A stretch of DNA of 64,000 nucleotides from Candidatus Micrarchaeota archaeon (GCA_028867335.1 JAGWGN010000001.1:22910-86909), one strand, 5' to 3'; shown: positions 45,245-54,275, counted from the first letter of the stretch. Numbers and translations: made by a program. The notes: generated by a model not told the origin, from the sequence alone.

Positions 45245-46044
45245 TGGGATATAGTTTCAATATTGGCGGTGAGTTCATCAAGGCTCAGAAGACGGGCATC
45301 AACGCTAGCTACAAGGATCTCTCGATTGTCTGCAATGCAATCCGGTACACAAGGGCGGCAAACGCGCTTCACATAATCGACAAGCTGATCTCGATGGAGA
45401 TGCCGATCGCATTCACAAAGTACAACAAGTACATGGGCGCAAGGCACGAGCTCCACGGCAGAAAGGGTGCATACCCTATCAAGGCCGCAAAGGAGATAAG
45501 AGTGGTCATCCAGAACGCTCTTGCAAATGCGGACAACAAGGGAATGGTCGATGCAGACACGATGTTCATCGTTCATGCAGCCGCAAACAAGACCCAGACA
45601 ATTAGAAGGCAGCCAAGCAAGGGTTCGCTTGCACAGGGAAGGGGAATGTACGGAAGGAGCGCAATCAACCACAGCGACATCGAGCTCGCAAAGGTCGAGA
45701 TCATACTTGGAACAGGAACGGAGGAATCCCTCTCATCCAACATGAAGTACTTCATGAAGAAGAAGGACACAAAGCCGATCGTCAGAAAGGCTGCTCCAAA
45801 GGCGCCAGCAAAGAAGATGCCAAAGAGCGTCGACGCGACAAACCCTGCGGAGATGCAGAAGCTCGCGACCGCAATCAAGGAGAACATGCCAAAGAAGCAG
45901 GCAGCAGAACACACTCATACTCACGAGGAACACGCACATGCGACCCACGACCACGCGGCGCACAGCCACGAACACGAGGGACATTCGCATGAGCACGAAC
46001 ACCAGCATGAGCAAAAGGAAGTGAAGAAGGAACACAAAGAGTAG
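45244..46044 (+). CDS. rpl22: ribosomal protein uL22 with ~110-aa Lys-rich then His-rich C-terminal extension
   Basis: The uL22 core runs to about aa 150 (..ELAKVEIILG). The tail is KPIVRKAAPKAPAKKMPK...EHTHTHEEHAHATHDHAAHSHEHEGHSHEHEHQHEQ. Confidence 0.9.
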   Translation: MGYSFNIGGEFIKAQKTGINASYKDLSIVCNAIRYTRAANALHIIDKLISMEMPIAFTKYNKYMGARHELHGRKGAYPIKAAKEIRVVIQNALANADNKGMVDADTMFIVHAAANKTQTIRRQPSKGSLAQGRGMYGRSAINHSDIELAKVEIILGTGTEESLSSNMKYFMKKKDTKPIVRKAAPKAPAKKMPKSVDATNPAEMQKLATAIKENMPKKQAAEHTHTHEEHAHATHDHAAHSHEHEGHSHEHEHQHEQKEVKKEHKE

Positions 46045-46053
46045 AATGATATC

Positions 46054-46680
46054 ATGGTAATAGAGAGAAAATTCATAGAGGACGCAATGGTGAAGGACAA
46101 GGTCTCAAAGTACCTTGAGAAGACGCTCACAAGGGCAGGCTTCTCAAGAGTGGAGATCCAAAAGACACCGCTTCTAACCAGAATCACGGTCTTTGTAACC
46201 ACCCCAGGAAAGGTAATCGGAAGGGGAGGAGAGACAATCAACGCGCTCACGGAGACCCTCAAGTCAAGGTTCCATGTCGACAACCCTCAGATAAGCGTAT
46301 CTGAGGTCTCAAACCCAAGGCTTGAGCCAAGGCTTGTCGCAAGATACGTCGCAAACTCGCTTGAGAGGGGCGCAAACGCAAGGTCACTGCTTCACTCGGT
46401 TGTCAGGGATATCATGATGAATGGCGCACTAGGCGCTGAAGTTATCGCCTCAGGAAAGCTCGCAGCAAAGGGAGCAAAGAAGAGGAGGATCAAGGTAAGG
46501 CTCGGATACATGCCAATGGCCGGAGACACGGTCAAGCTTGTCGACTCCGCAGCCCTTGCCGCGTACCCTAAGTACGGTGCAATCGGAATAAAGGTCAGGA
46601 TCGTGCAGCCGGGAACGGTCTTCCCAGACAGGAAGGCAACGCCGATCGCGCTTCCAAAGAGCATCGCCGCAGCCCAATAG
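46054..46680 (+). CDS. rps3: ribosomal protein uS3
   Basis: The KH domain is PGKVIGRGGETINALTE, and the operon position fits. Confidence 0.95.
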   Translation: MVIERKFIEDAMVKDKVSKYLEKTLTRAGFSRVEIQKTPLLTRITVFVTTPGKVIGRGGETINALTETLKSRFHVDNPQISVSEVSNPRLEPRLVARYVANSLERGANARSLLHSVVRDIMMNGALGAEVIASGKLAAKGAKKRRIKVRLGYMPMAGDTVKLVDSAALAAYPKYGAIGIKVRIVQPGTVFPDRKATPIALPKSIAAAQ

Positions 46681-46702
46681 TATTTATATCAGAAAAGAGA
46701 AA

Positions 46703-46909
46703 ATGATTGTTATGCACATAAAGGATTTGAGATCACTTGCGCCTGAAGCGCTCAAGGCAAAGCTAGCCGAGGTCCGATTCGAGCTCGGGATAGAAAGGAG
46801 AAAGATTGCCTCAACTGGAGTAGCAAGCAAGAAGATCAAGTCAAGAGAGATGAAGCGAACGATCGCACAGATTCTAACCCTGCTAAAGGAAAAAGGTGTC
46901 GCTGAGTAA
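46703..46909 (+). CDS. rpl29: ribosomal protein uL29
   Basis: The sequence IKDLRSLAPEALKAKLAEVRFEL is present. The start may be the ATG at 46712. Confidence 0.85.
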   Translation: MIVMHIKDLRSLAPEALKAKLAEVRFELGIERRKIASTGVASKKIKSREMKRTIAQILTLLKEKGVAE

Positions 46910-47211
46910 TGGCTGAAATATGTCCTAAATGCGGCCTGCCAAAGGAGCTTTGCGTGTGCGATGTCCTTGACAGGGAGACCACCAAGAAGATCAAAGTCTC
47001 AAAAGTGAAGAAGAAGTTCCAAAAGTACATGACCATAGTCGAAGGGCTCACCGGAGAGGAGCTTGAGAGGACCGCAAAGTCGCTTAAGACTCGCCTTGCC
47101 TGCGGAGGGACCTACAAGAACGGGGTCATCGAGCTGCAGGGAGACCACAAGGACCAGGTAAAGAAGGAGCTGCTAAAGCTGGGATACCCGGAGAGCAGCA
47201 TCGACGCTTAA
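46909..47211 (+). CDS. sui1: translation initiation factor aIF1 (SUI1)
   Basis: The N-terminal zinc knuckle is CPKCGLPKELCVC. The SUI1 core is MTIVEGL...LKTRLACGGTYKNGVIELQGDH. Confidence 0.85.
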   Translation: MAEICPKCGLPKELCVCDVLDRETTKKIKVSKVKKKFQKYMTIVEGLTGEELERTAKSLKTRLACGGTYKNGVIELQGDHKDQVKKELLKLGYPESSIDA

Positions 47212-47284
47212 AACTTTTTCTATAAAAAATTAGATTTTTTTCGCAGGATTTAAAAGTAAATCCGTCAAATTAAATAACACTGAT

Positions 47285-47545
47285 TTGATGAGAGTGGTAG
47301 TGGATCCTAAAGTCGAAAAAGTATTTACCACCTTTCCAAAATTTGTACAATCCAGATTATTAAAAAAGATAAATCTGCTAGAAAGATTTCCTTTAATAAA
47401 TGCAGACATAAAGAAATTAGGGGATGGCGTATACAGAATGAGATCTGGAAGATACAGGCTACTATTTAGGGCTAAAAAGGAAAAAGATTTAATTGTTGTT
47501 TACGAAATAGATACAAGAGGAAAGATAAGTTATGCAAAAGGTTAG
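47285..47545 (+). CDS. RelE/ParE-family type II toxin
   Basis: The sequence GVYRMRSGRYRLLFRAKKEKDLIVVYEIDTRGKI is typical of a RelE-fold C-terminus. The gene is AT-rich. Confidence 0.75.
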   Translation: MMRVVVDPKVEKVFTTFPKFVQSRLLKKINLLERFPLINADIKKLGDGVYRMRSGRYRLLFRAKKEKDLIVVYEIDTRGKISYAKG

Positions 47546-47771
47546 CCTTGTGAAAATGCACCGAGACATCGAAAAGCTAAAGAAGGCCGTAAATACACTC
47601 AACCAGAAGATACGATTCAGAGGAGATTCCATCAAAATAGAAAGAATAGACGAAAGCAAGCTCTCCCCACTCCAGAGAAGGAGACTAAAAGAGGTTGACA
47701 GGCAAATAGAAAGTGGGAATTTAAAGAATTTTCTTACGCTAAACGAATTGAAAAAGAAATATCATCTTTAA
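47532..47771 (+). CDS. candidate cognate antitoxin (downstream, overlapping the toxin by 14 nt)
   Basis: 79 aa, coiled-coil and basic, ending in ..ESGNLKNFLTLNELKKKYHL. The assignment rests on position only. Confidence 0.4.
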   Translation: MQKVSLVKMHRDIEKLKKAVNTLNQKIRFRGDSIKIERIDESKLSPLQRRRLKEVDRQIESGNLKNFLTLNELKKKYHL

Positions 47772-47785
47772 TTACACGTGCTAAA

Positions 47786-48133
47786 ATGCAGAAGTCAAAT
47801 GTTAATGCAGACACCAAATCCTACAGCGACGGGGAGCTAAGGCAGATAAGAAAGGAGCTCACTCCAGTCCAGAAGCAGATCCTAAATGCGCTATACACAA
47901 ATCCCATCCTCATAAGGGACACTCTCTCCCTTGAGAACGAGGTGCTAAAGAAAGCAAGTTCCCTCAAGATCATAGAGGTAAGGGAGGCGATAAACACCCT
48001 CAGGGATAAGAAGCTGCTGAAGACTGACGGAACAGTTTCAGGCTCTCTGGTGTCGCTTACGCTAAACGGGGTCTACCTATTCCTAATCACGGAATTAAGA
48101 AAAGACGTAAATGTCAAGACCTTCCAGTCTTAA
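47786..48133 (+). CDS. hypothetical protein, possible MarR-like wHTH
   Basis: The sequence LTPVQKQILNALYTNPILIRD...VREAINTLRDKKLLK is present. Confidence 0.45.
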   Translation: MQKSNVNADTKSYSDGELRQIRKELTPVQKQILNALYTNPILIRDTLSLENEVLKKASSLKIIEVREAINTLRDKKLLKTDGTVSGSLVSLTLNGVYLFLITELRKDVNVKTFQS

Positions 48134-48302
48134 TTTTTTCAGATAGATTAAGTATCTCAATTCCAATAATTTTTCCACTTTTTGTATAATCCACAATAAT
48201 TCCCTCCTCTATTTCTGCACTTATGTGATAGTTTCCTTTTCCAAACCTTATGTTTGCAGCATCGGCTTGCTTATCGTAACTTATTTTCAAAATTTCACCC
48301 AT
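48114..48302 (-). CDS. DUF2283-domain protein
   Basis: The sequence ISYDKQADAANIRF...IIVDYTKSGKIIGIEILN matches the DUF2283 pattern. Confidence 0.7.
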   Translation of the reverse strand: MGEILKISYDKQADAANIRFGKGNYHISAEIEEGIIVDYTKSGKIIGIEILNLSEKIKTGRS

Positions 48303-48305
48303 TAC

Positions 48306-48800
48306 TCAGACCTTAAGCCCAACTTCTCCGGACTCCTTGAGATATCCTGTGTCGATTATCTCATTTAGCACTTCGATTAGCGCGCTTGAGTGCCTCATTA
48401 TGTCGTTGTCGGTCACGATGCCGATTAACCTTCCGTCAGTGTCCACAACGCAGAGCCTCTTCACCTTGCGCTCCATCATCATGCGCGCAGCCTGCTCAAG
48501 CCTCTTGTTCTTGTCCACCGTGGCTATCGGACGAGACATAACCCCCTTCACCTTCGTGAAGAGCATCATCTTTAGCATGAATCGTTTCTTTGTGACGAGC
48601 CTTCTGACTATGTCCCCCTTTGTTATTATCCCAAGGGGCCTGTTCATGTTGTCGACTATGACGACCGAACCGAGGTTGTGCTTCTCCATCTTCACGGCGA
48701 TGCTCTTTATGCTGTCGTCCTGCGCTGCCGTGATGACCGGGTGGCTCATGATGTCGTTAATCAGTATCGATCTGGTGTTCGAATACATCTCCACTCCCAA
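48306..48800 (-). CDS. CBS-domain pair protein
   Basis: Two CBS repeats are present: IMSHPVITAAQDDSIKSIAVKMEKHNLGSVVIVD and VMSRPIATVDKNKRLEQAARMMMERKVKRLCVVD. Confidence 0.8.
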   Translation of the reverse strand: MGVEMYSNTRSILINDIMSHPVITAAQDDSIKSIAVKMEKHNLGSVVIVDNMNRPLGIITKGDIVRRLVTKKRFMLKMMLFTKVKGVMSRPIATVDKNKRLEQAARMMMERKVKRLCVVDTDGRLIGIVTDNDIMRHSSALIEVLNEIIDTGYLKESGEVGLKV

Positions 48801-48936
48801 ATGAACTGCGAATCATAGCTCTTTAAAGGTTCTCTGCAAGTTCGTTAATTCCAATAAAGAAAATGGACGCAAGTGCAAAATTTGGAGCAGAGAAGCGTTT
48901 TTAGCGTTTGACAGGAAAGAGATATCAAGTGAGCAA

Positions 48937-49323
48937 ATGCCAAGAGAGAAGCACTCCCATCATCCGATACTTAAGCTTGCGGGGATACTGATATTCCTTG
49001 CAATCCTTCTGGCTCTCGCGTTTGTGATATATGACATAGTCCTCTCGCACGCACCTGTTGCGCAGGTGGCGATAGTAACCGGGACGATCAAGACCATAGG
49101 ATTTAGCACCTATCCGCTTGCGGCGAGCTTCGCCTCCCCATCGGGAACCTACTTCACGACCGTGGTCAACGGCAGGTACGCAATCTCGCTGCTCGCGGGG
49201 CACAGCTACAACATGGTGGTCTCCTACAAGTCGCTTGCCGGCCTGGGATCCGGAACATGCAGCGCAGGAACCCTGAGCCTGCCCCTCAACGGCACGATAA
49301 TAACCTACAACGCAACCTGCTGA
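48937..49323 (+). CDS. membrane-anchored small extracellular protein
   Basis: There is an N-terminal TM helix (ILKLAGILIFLAILLALAFVIY), followed by a beta-rich domain. Confidence 0.45.
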   Translation: MPREKHSHHPILKLAGILIFLAILLALAFVIYDIVLSHAPVAQVAIVTGTIKTIGFSTYPLAASFASPSGTYFTTVVNGRYAISLLAGHSYNMVVSYKSLAGLGSGTCSAGTLSLPLNGTIITYNATC

Positions 49324-49947
49324 TCATCCGTGCAGTAAAATGCCCGTCACGATGTAGTAGATTGGCATGAAGACGTAGAAGAGCAGGCTGATCTCCGGAT
49401 TTATGAAAGAGAAGAGTATCCCTCCCATATAGACCAGGATCCCAACAGAGCCCCTTTTCAGCGAGGTCTTGAACCACTTCTTGTCCACCTCCTTGTGCGC
49501 CAACTTCTCAAGCAGCGCGTAAGCCCAGAAGAGATTGTATATTATCGCAACCCCAAGCAGGTTTATCCCGTATACAAGGACCGCAACATGGTCCAGCGGA
49601 TATCTTCCCAAGAGCGCTGTGGTAAATGGTATGAAGCCGATGCTTAGAAGGAACATCAGGTTGATCCATTGCACCTTCCTTCCTGCCTTCTCAAGGTAGC
49701 GGAAGATGTTGTTGTGGCCGATCCACAGCGTCCCAAGCACAAGGAAGCTCATCGCATAGGTGAGCACGTTAGGAAAGAGGCCAAGAAGGTCGTCTGAGAG
49801 CAATTGATCCACATTTCCAGAAGTAATAACCGGGACAACAAGGCTGAGTACCAAAATGGTCATGACTGTGGCAAAGATTCCATCAGTCAGCGCCTCTGCG
49901 CGGTCTTTTGTGAAGTCGCGGATTGCGTGTATGTCCTCCCTTGGCAT
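49324..49947 (-). CDS. TMEM175/DUF1211-family potassium channel
   Basis: The sequence RAEALTDGIFATVMTILVLSL is the signature first helix. Six TM helices are present. Confidence 0.75.
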   Translation of the reverse strand: MPREDIHAIRDFTKDRAEALTDGIFATVMTILVLSLVVPVITSGNVDQLLSDDLLGLFPNVLTYAMSFLVLGTLWIGHNNIFRYLEKAGRKVQWINLMFLLSIGFIPFTTALLGRYPLDHVAVLVYGINLLGVAIIYNLFWAYALLEKLAHKEVDKKWFKTSLKRGSVGILVYMGGILFSFINPEISLLFYVFMPIYYIVTGILLHG

Positions 49948-50075
49948 AAGCTACTTTATGCCAGGTAAAATTTATTAAGGAACCAGAGTGCTCTATTGCT
50001 TCTAAAAAAAGTCAAATTTTTTCGAAGGGTTTATTAATCTAGAAATTGAAACATGATTGTTAAAGGTGTAGCATA

Positions 50076-50447
50076 ATGGGACATACCTACGTTGATGCTA
50101 TCTTCTCAAATCCTAACGATTCCTCAAAGAGGGCAATAGTATCCGGACTAGTAGATACCGGTGCGACTTTTTCCATGATTCCTAAGGAAGTGGCAAATAA
50201 GCTTGGAATAAAGCCTGAGGGCAAAACGGCGGTCAGAACCGCAAAAGGCGTTATGATGTTGGAATACGCGGTTGTGAAGACGAAGATTGATGGCGAGGAA
50301 TCCGTATTTAAGACTCTTATAAATCCCGTGATAAACAAGTCCCTGATAGGCGTGATTGTACTCGAAGCTCTGGGTTTCAAGGTAAATCCAATCACTAAGA
50401 AGCTCGAAAAACATGAAATCGAGCAGTATCAGGCCATAGTCTGCTAA
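50076..50447 (+). CDS. retropepsin-like (clan AA) aspartic protease
   Basis: LVDTGATFSMIP contains the DTG active-site motif. Length is 123 aa. Confidence 0.7.
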   Translation: MGHTYVDAIFSNPNDSSKRAIVSGLVDTGATFSMIPKEVANKLGIKPEGKTAVRTAKGVMMLEYAVVKTKIDGEESVFKTLINPVINKSLIGVIVLEALGFKVNPITKKLEKHEIEQYQAIVC

Positions 50448-50522
50448 TGTTTCTTAAAAAGGTGCAGATACCCCCTTAGCGATACCAATAAAATAGTTTA
50501 ATCCCCCTACAATAGCGGTTGA

Positions 50523-51938
50523 ATGTTTCCGTTCCTGCCGCTAATGGTGATCTTGCCATTCCTTGTGGTCATTCCGATTGCCCTAATTGGCGAGAGGCAC
50601 TCGCACAAGATCGCCTTAATAACATCAACCATAATCTTGGCACTAACCGCATACGTCCTCTACCTTGTAAACCAGGGCGGACTCGCATCCCTTTCGTTTA
50701 CAGCCACTTACCTGACAAATCTGGGGATAAACCTCAGTTTCCAGATAACCTCACTATCGCTCATACTTGCGCTGATGACTGCGATAGTGTTCTTTGCAGC
50801 CGCGATAGTGGGTAAGGAGTTCATCCAGAAGGATCAGAAGCTCTACAGCATAATTTTCATGCTGGTTGAGGGAGGAGCCCTGGGACTATTCCTTTCAGGG
50901 AACCTCTTCCTGTTCTACATCTTCTGGGAGATAGCGGAGTTCGCGATGTTTTTCATCATCTTCGCCTACGGGGGGTACGACAGAAGATACGCAGCAATCA
51001 AGTTCATAATCTACTCCATAATCGCCTCGCTCCTGCTCCTCGTGGGCATAATGATGCTCTACTTCTACTCCACGCCACACTCTTTCGATATTTATCAATT
51101 ACAACAGTCGGCATCTACACTTCCTATAGCAGTACAGCCAATAATACTAGTCTTACTATTGGTCGCCTTCATGATCAAGGCGCCAATCTTCCCATTCCAC
51201 AACTGGCTCCCAGACGCCCACACCGAGGCCCCAACAACAGGTAGTATGATACTAGCCGGAGTCCTCCTTAAGTTCGGGGGATACGGACTCCTGCTGATGT
51301 TCCTACTGATTCCACTTGCATCCCATTACGCAATGTACATTGCGGCAATCTTCGGATTCTCCGCAATCTACGGAGCTATGGTGGCACTTAGGCAAACGCA
51401 TCTCAAGAGAATGATTGCATACACCTCAATAGTGGACATGGGAATAATCGCGATTGGGATTGCTGCAATCAACCACTTCGGAACCGCAGGAGCAATCTAC
51501 GGCATGATGGCGCATGCACTTGCAATATCACTTCTGTTCCTGCTCGCAGGAACAATAGACAAGGTGTACGGAACCCTCTTCATTGACAAGCTCAAGGGAA
51601 TAATTGATACCTCGCCGAAGATGACCTACCTCTTCATCTTCGGGGCCCTGGCTGCAATAGGCCTGCCGCTCACGGCAGGATTCATCGGAGACCTTCTGAT
51701 ATTCATAGGGTCGTACAGCACATTCGGGGCGATAGGATTGATACCAATAGGTGCAATACTACTGGTTGGAGCATACTTCTTCTGGGTAATTGAGAAGTCG
51801 TTCTTCAACATCAAGAACAAGAGTGAGACTTACGCGCTGGTTGGGAGGTCGGTGCTGGTTTCGGGAGGGGTTTTGGTCATGCTTACAATACTTTTAGGAA
51901 TATTCCCCTCAATAATGCTTATTTTTTCTAATTTGTAA
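50523..51938 (+). CDS. NuoM/MrpD-like proton-translocating antiporter subunit (complex I subunit 4 family)
   Basis: About 14 TM helices are present. The sequences FYIFWEIAEFAMFFII, MIKAPIFPFHNWLPDAHTEAPT and GSMILAGVLLKFGGYG are also present. Confidence 0.8.
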   Translation: MFPFLPLMVILPFLVVIPIALIGERHSHKIALITSTIILALTAYVLYLVNQGGLASLSFTATYLTNLGINLSFQITSLSLILALMTAIVFFAAAIVGKEFIQKDQKLYSIIFMLVEGGALGLFLSGNLFLFYIFWEIAEFAMFFIIFAYGGYDRRYAAIKFIIYSIIASLLLLVGIMMLYFYSTPHSFDIYQLQQSASTLPIAVQPIILVLLLVAFMIKAPIFPFHNWLPDAHTEAPTTGSMILAGVLLKFGGYGLLLMFLLIPLASHYAMYIAAIFGFSAIYGAMVALRQTHLKRMIAYTSIVDMGIIAIGIAAINHFGTAGAIYGMMAHALAISLLFLLAGTIDKVYGTLFIDKLKGIIDTSPKMTYLFIFGALAAIGLPLTAGFIGDLLIFIGSYSTFGAIGLIPIGAILLVGAYFFWVIEKSFFNIKNKSETYALVGRSVLVSGGVLVMLTILLGIFPSIMLIFSNL

Positions 51939-51941
51939 TTC

Positions 51942-53063
51942 TTACTCGTCCGATTCAGAGACCTGTCTCATCGCTAAAAATGCTTCCTTAAGTGGTTGGC
52001 TTACAGCTGAGTCAGATTCTTTCAAAACAAGTTCCTGATACCTGTTCAGAAAATCCATTCTTACCTCATTGAATAAATGTAGAAAGTGTCTAAGAAATCC
52101 TATACAATCAAGTATAGCGATTTCAGTTCCTCCTGTTTTTTCATAAAAACTATTTGCATATTCTACAACTTTTCTATCTATTTTTTCTGTTGTTATAAAG
52201 ATGTAATTATGAATTCTAGGTTTAACTCTTATAATTTTACTAAGTGCTGCATCTACATCATCGTTTGTTACCTCTTTCATTTTCATTTCATAAGTGGTGA
52301 CTATGTTTTTTCTACCGGTAAAACATATTTCAACATCTCCGATAGACTTTGTCTGCAGATCTGCAGCATTATGTGAATTTAATGGAAGTGGAATTTTACC
52401 CAATTTTAAACTTGCAGATTGGTATGCCGCAGCAACAATTAGCACTGGTAGCCTGCTAGAATTTTTAGAGGCCAGATGCTGACCTATAAGAGTAATTATT
52501 GCTTCTGATGAAAGAGGCAAGGAACCCTTACTCCTACCTAAACTTTCAAGTAGTTTTTTCATCCTATCTCCTTTTTCATTTTTGAATATTATAAGTTGTC
52601 TGATTACTTCGATAAGTACATCTTCTGAATTAACCACATTTCTTTGAACTGCATCCAAAACATCTATTGTGTAAATGTAAACCTCTCTCGGCCTTCCTAC
52701 CATATCAATTTTTTTATTTAATGCCTGATCTCTATTTCTTAATGCTGGGGTCAAAAACGCAGTAGTAGAATTACAAGGTAATCCATATTCGTTTATAAAA
52801 TGAGTTATATACTGTTCATCATATGTCCTTCCTGAAAAGGAGTCTTTATCCCCAATCTCCGTATAAGGTTTAAGGATGTTAAATTTGGGATTATCTATCT
52901 TAGCTAATAAACACGAAAGTAAAAGTCTTGCACCCGCTCTATTCGACCCACATTTACAAACATATTCTATTTTATCAAGTATCTTTCTGTCCACAATTAT
53001 TGGTTTTAGAATATTTTTTACGGCGAGCCTCATACTATCTTTTAATATCCTCTCTGGTTTCAT
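51942..53063 (-). CDS. putative type II restriction endonuclease (PD-(D/E)XK candidate)
   Basis: It lies directly downstream of the Dam-like MTase with a 5-nt gap. It is AT-rich. The segment SIGDVEICFTGRKNIVTTYEMKMK fits D...ExK. The specific family is not recognised. Confidence 0.5.
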   Translation of the reverse strand: MKPERILKDSMRLAVKNILKPIIVDRKILDKIEYVCKCGSNRAGARLLLSCLLAKIDNPKFNILKPYTEIGDKDSFSGRTYDEQYITHFINEYGLPCNSTTAFLTPALRNRDQALNKKIDMVGRPREVYIYTIDVLDAVQRNVVNSEDVLIEVIRQLIIFKNEKGDRMKKLLESLGRSKGSLPLSSEAIITLIGQHLASKNSSRLPVLIVAAAYQSASLKLGKIPLPLNSHNAADLQTKSIGDVEICFTGRKNIVTTYEMKMKEVTNDDVDAALSKIIRVKPRIHNYIFITTEKIDRKVVEYANSFYEKTGGTEIAILDCIGFLRHFLHLFNEVRMDFLNRYQELVLKESDSAVSQPLKEAFLAMRQVSESDE

Positions 53064-53068
53064 CTAAT

Positions 53069-53941
53069 TCACTGAAGATTAACTTGTTTAGGAAGTTTAT
53101 AATTTATCCACAAAAATTCTCTTCTGGTATCTTTTGTAGAATGAATAGTTTTTAAAGGCCCAACTATTTTAGTCCATTTAGGTTCTGGATAAAGCTTATT
53201 CATTATTTCACAATCATAATTGGATATCGCTACCCTTCCTTCTACCTTATTTAAAACCTCTGCAAGCTCAATATGATCTTTATCAGTCATTTCTGCTCCG
53301 TACGCATTTTTGTCTCCACGAGTCGAATGGACATATGGCGGATCGCAATAAAATAATGTATTTGGTGAATCGTATAGCGAAATTATTTCAATAGCGTTTC
53401 GATTTTCAATTTGAACCCTTAGTAACCTATCAGCTATCTCAGGTAATGCCTCAACCGCACCAAGCCATCTACTAACTGACCCACTCATACCTGCCCGTGA
53501 GGTATTTTTGCAATTTGCCCATCTCCCCAATGTAGCTTTTTGTGCAAGTCCTGTTCTTACTTGTCTTGCACGAACATAAAATCTACGAGCGCGTTCTAAA
53601 TCTCCTAAGTTTTTTTCTAAATTACAAGCATGCAAAAATTCTTCGCGGGAAAAAGGCGTAAGACCTATTGCTTCTATCAATTCTGCTTTTTGTGTTCTTA
53701 GCACTTTAAAAAAATTAACTACTTCCCCATCAATATCATTGTAGGTTTCTATTGGAGAAGGTTTACGATTAAGCAAAATTGCTGCTGATCCTCCAAAAGG
53801 TTCACAAAAATGATACGATTCTGGTAAATATGGTAGTAACCAGTCCAGATGTGAATATTTGCCCCCATACCAACCAAATGCTATTAATTTTTTCTTATGC
53901 CCTCTAACTACTGTTTGAACTTTTGTTTTAGTACTTAGCAT
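53069..53941 (-). CDS. D12-class N6-adenine DNA methyltransferase (Dam-like)
   Basis: The sequences FGWYGGKYSHLDWLLPYLP and FCEPFGGSAAI (SAM binding) are present. YCDPPY is the catalytic DPPY motif. Confidence 0.85.
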   Translation of the reverse strand: MLSTKTKVQTVVRGHKKKLIAFGWYGGKYSHLDWLLPYLPESYHFCEPFGGSAAILLNRKPSPIETYNDIDGEVVNFFKVLRTQKAELIEAIGLTPFSREEFLHACNLEKNLGDLERARRFYVRARQVRTGLAQKATLGRWANCKNTSRAGMSGSVSRWLGAVEALPEIADRLLRVQIENRNAIEIISLYDSPNTLFYCDPPYVHSTRGDKNAYGAEMTDKDHIELAEVLNKVEGRVAISNYDCEIMNKLYPEPKWTKIVGPLKTIHSTKDTRREFLWINYKLPKQVNLQ

Positions 53942-54004
53942 AAGACTACCTATAATAGAATTAGAAAAATAACCTTATAAACTGCTCGAAACTTTCCAGT
54001 TTTT

Positions 54005-54275
54005 TAATGTAGACTATACACACCGTATCTCTCTTCATCTATCCTATGTAACATCTTATTTCTCTCGACAAGATCGATCTGAATATACACTTAAAAGGTA
54101 AAGGGCATACATACGATTCTAAGATACTCTTAGAGATTCTCCACACTCTATATCTCTTCCCCTACCCCTGTGGAGAGTCCTCTTTCTCTCGACAAATCCA
54201 TCAAAAATGTACACACCAAGCTGCAGGGGGTGTGTAGAGTCTTCTAAGATTGTTTTAGAAGGATTTTCACAAATT
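54005..54275 (+). repeat. hairpin-repeat block 1 (units A+B, ~128 bp each)
   Basis: See findings. The block contains the arms TCTCCACA (54138-54145) / TGTGGAGA (54169-54176) and TACACACC / GGTGTGTA. A small hairpin TCTAAGA-TAC-TCTTAGA lies at 54118-54134. 14-bp inverted termini AGACTATACACACC (54011-54024) / GGTGTGTAGAGTCT (54229-54242) are present. The block ends in GGATTTTC. Confidence 0.6.

Noticed and set aside
2399-54242. A possible relationship between the IS-like element termini (TTTGTGTATT) and the hairpin-repeat arms or termini (GGTGTGTAGAG). This would make the repeats MITE derivatives of that transposon.
   Set aside because: Only a TGTGTA hexamer is shared. The 14-bp termini do not align beyond that, so the link is not supported.
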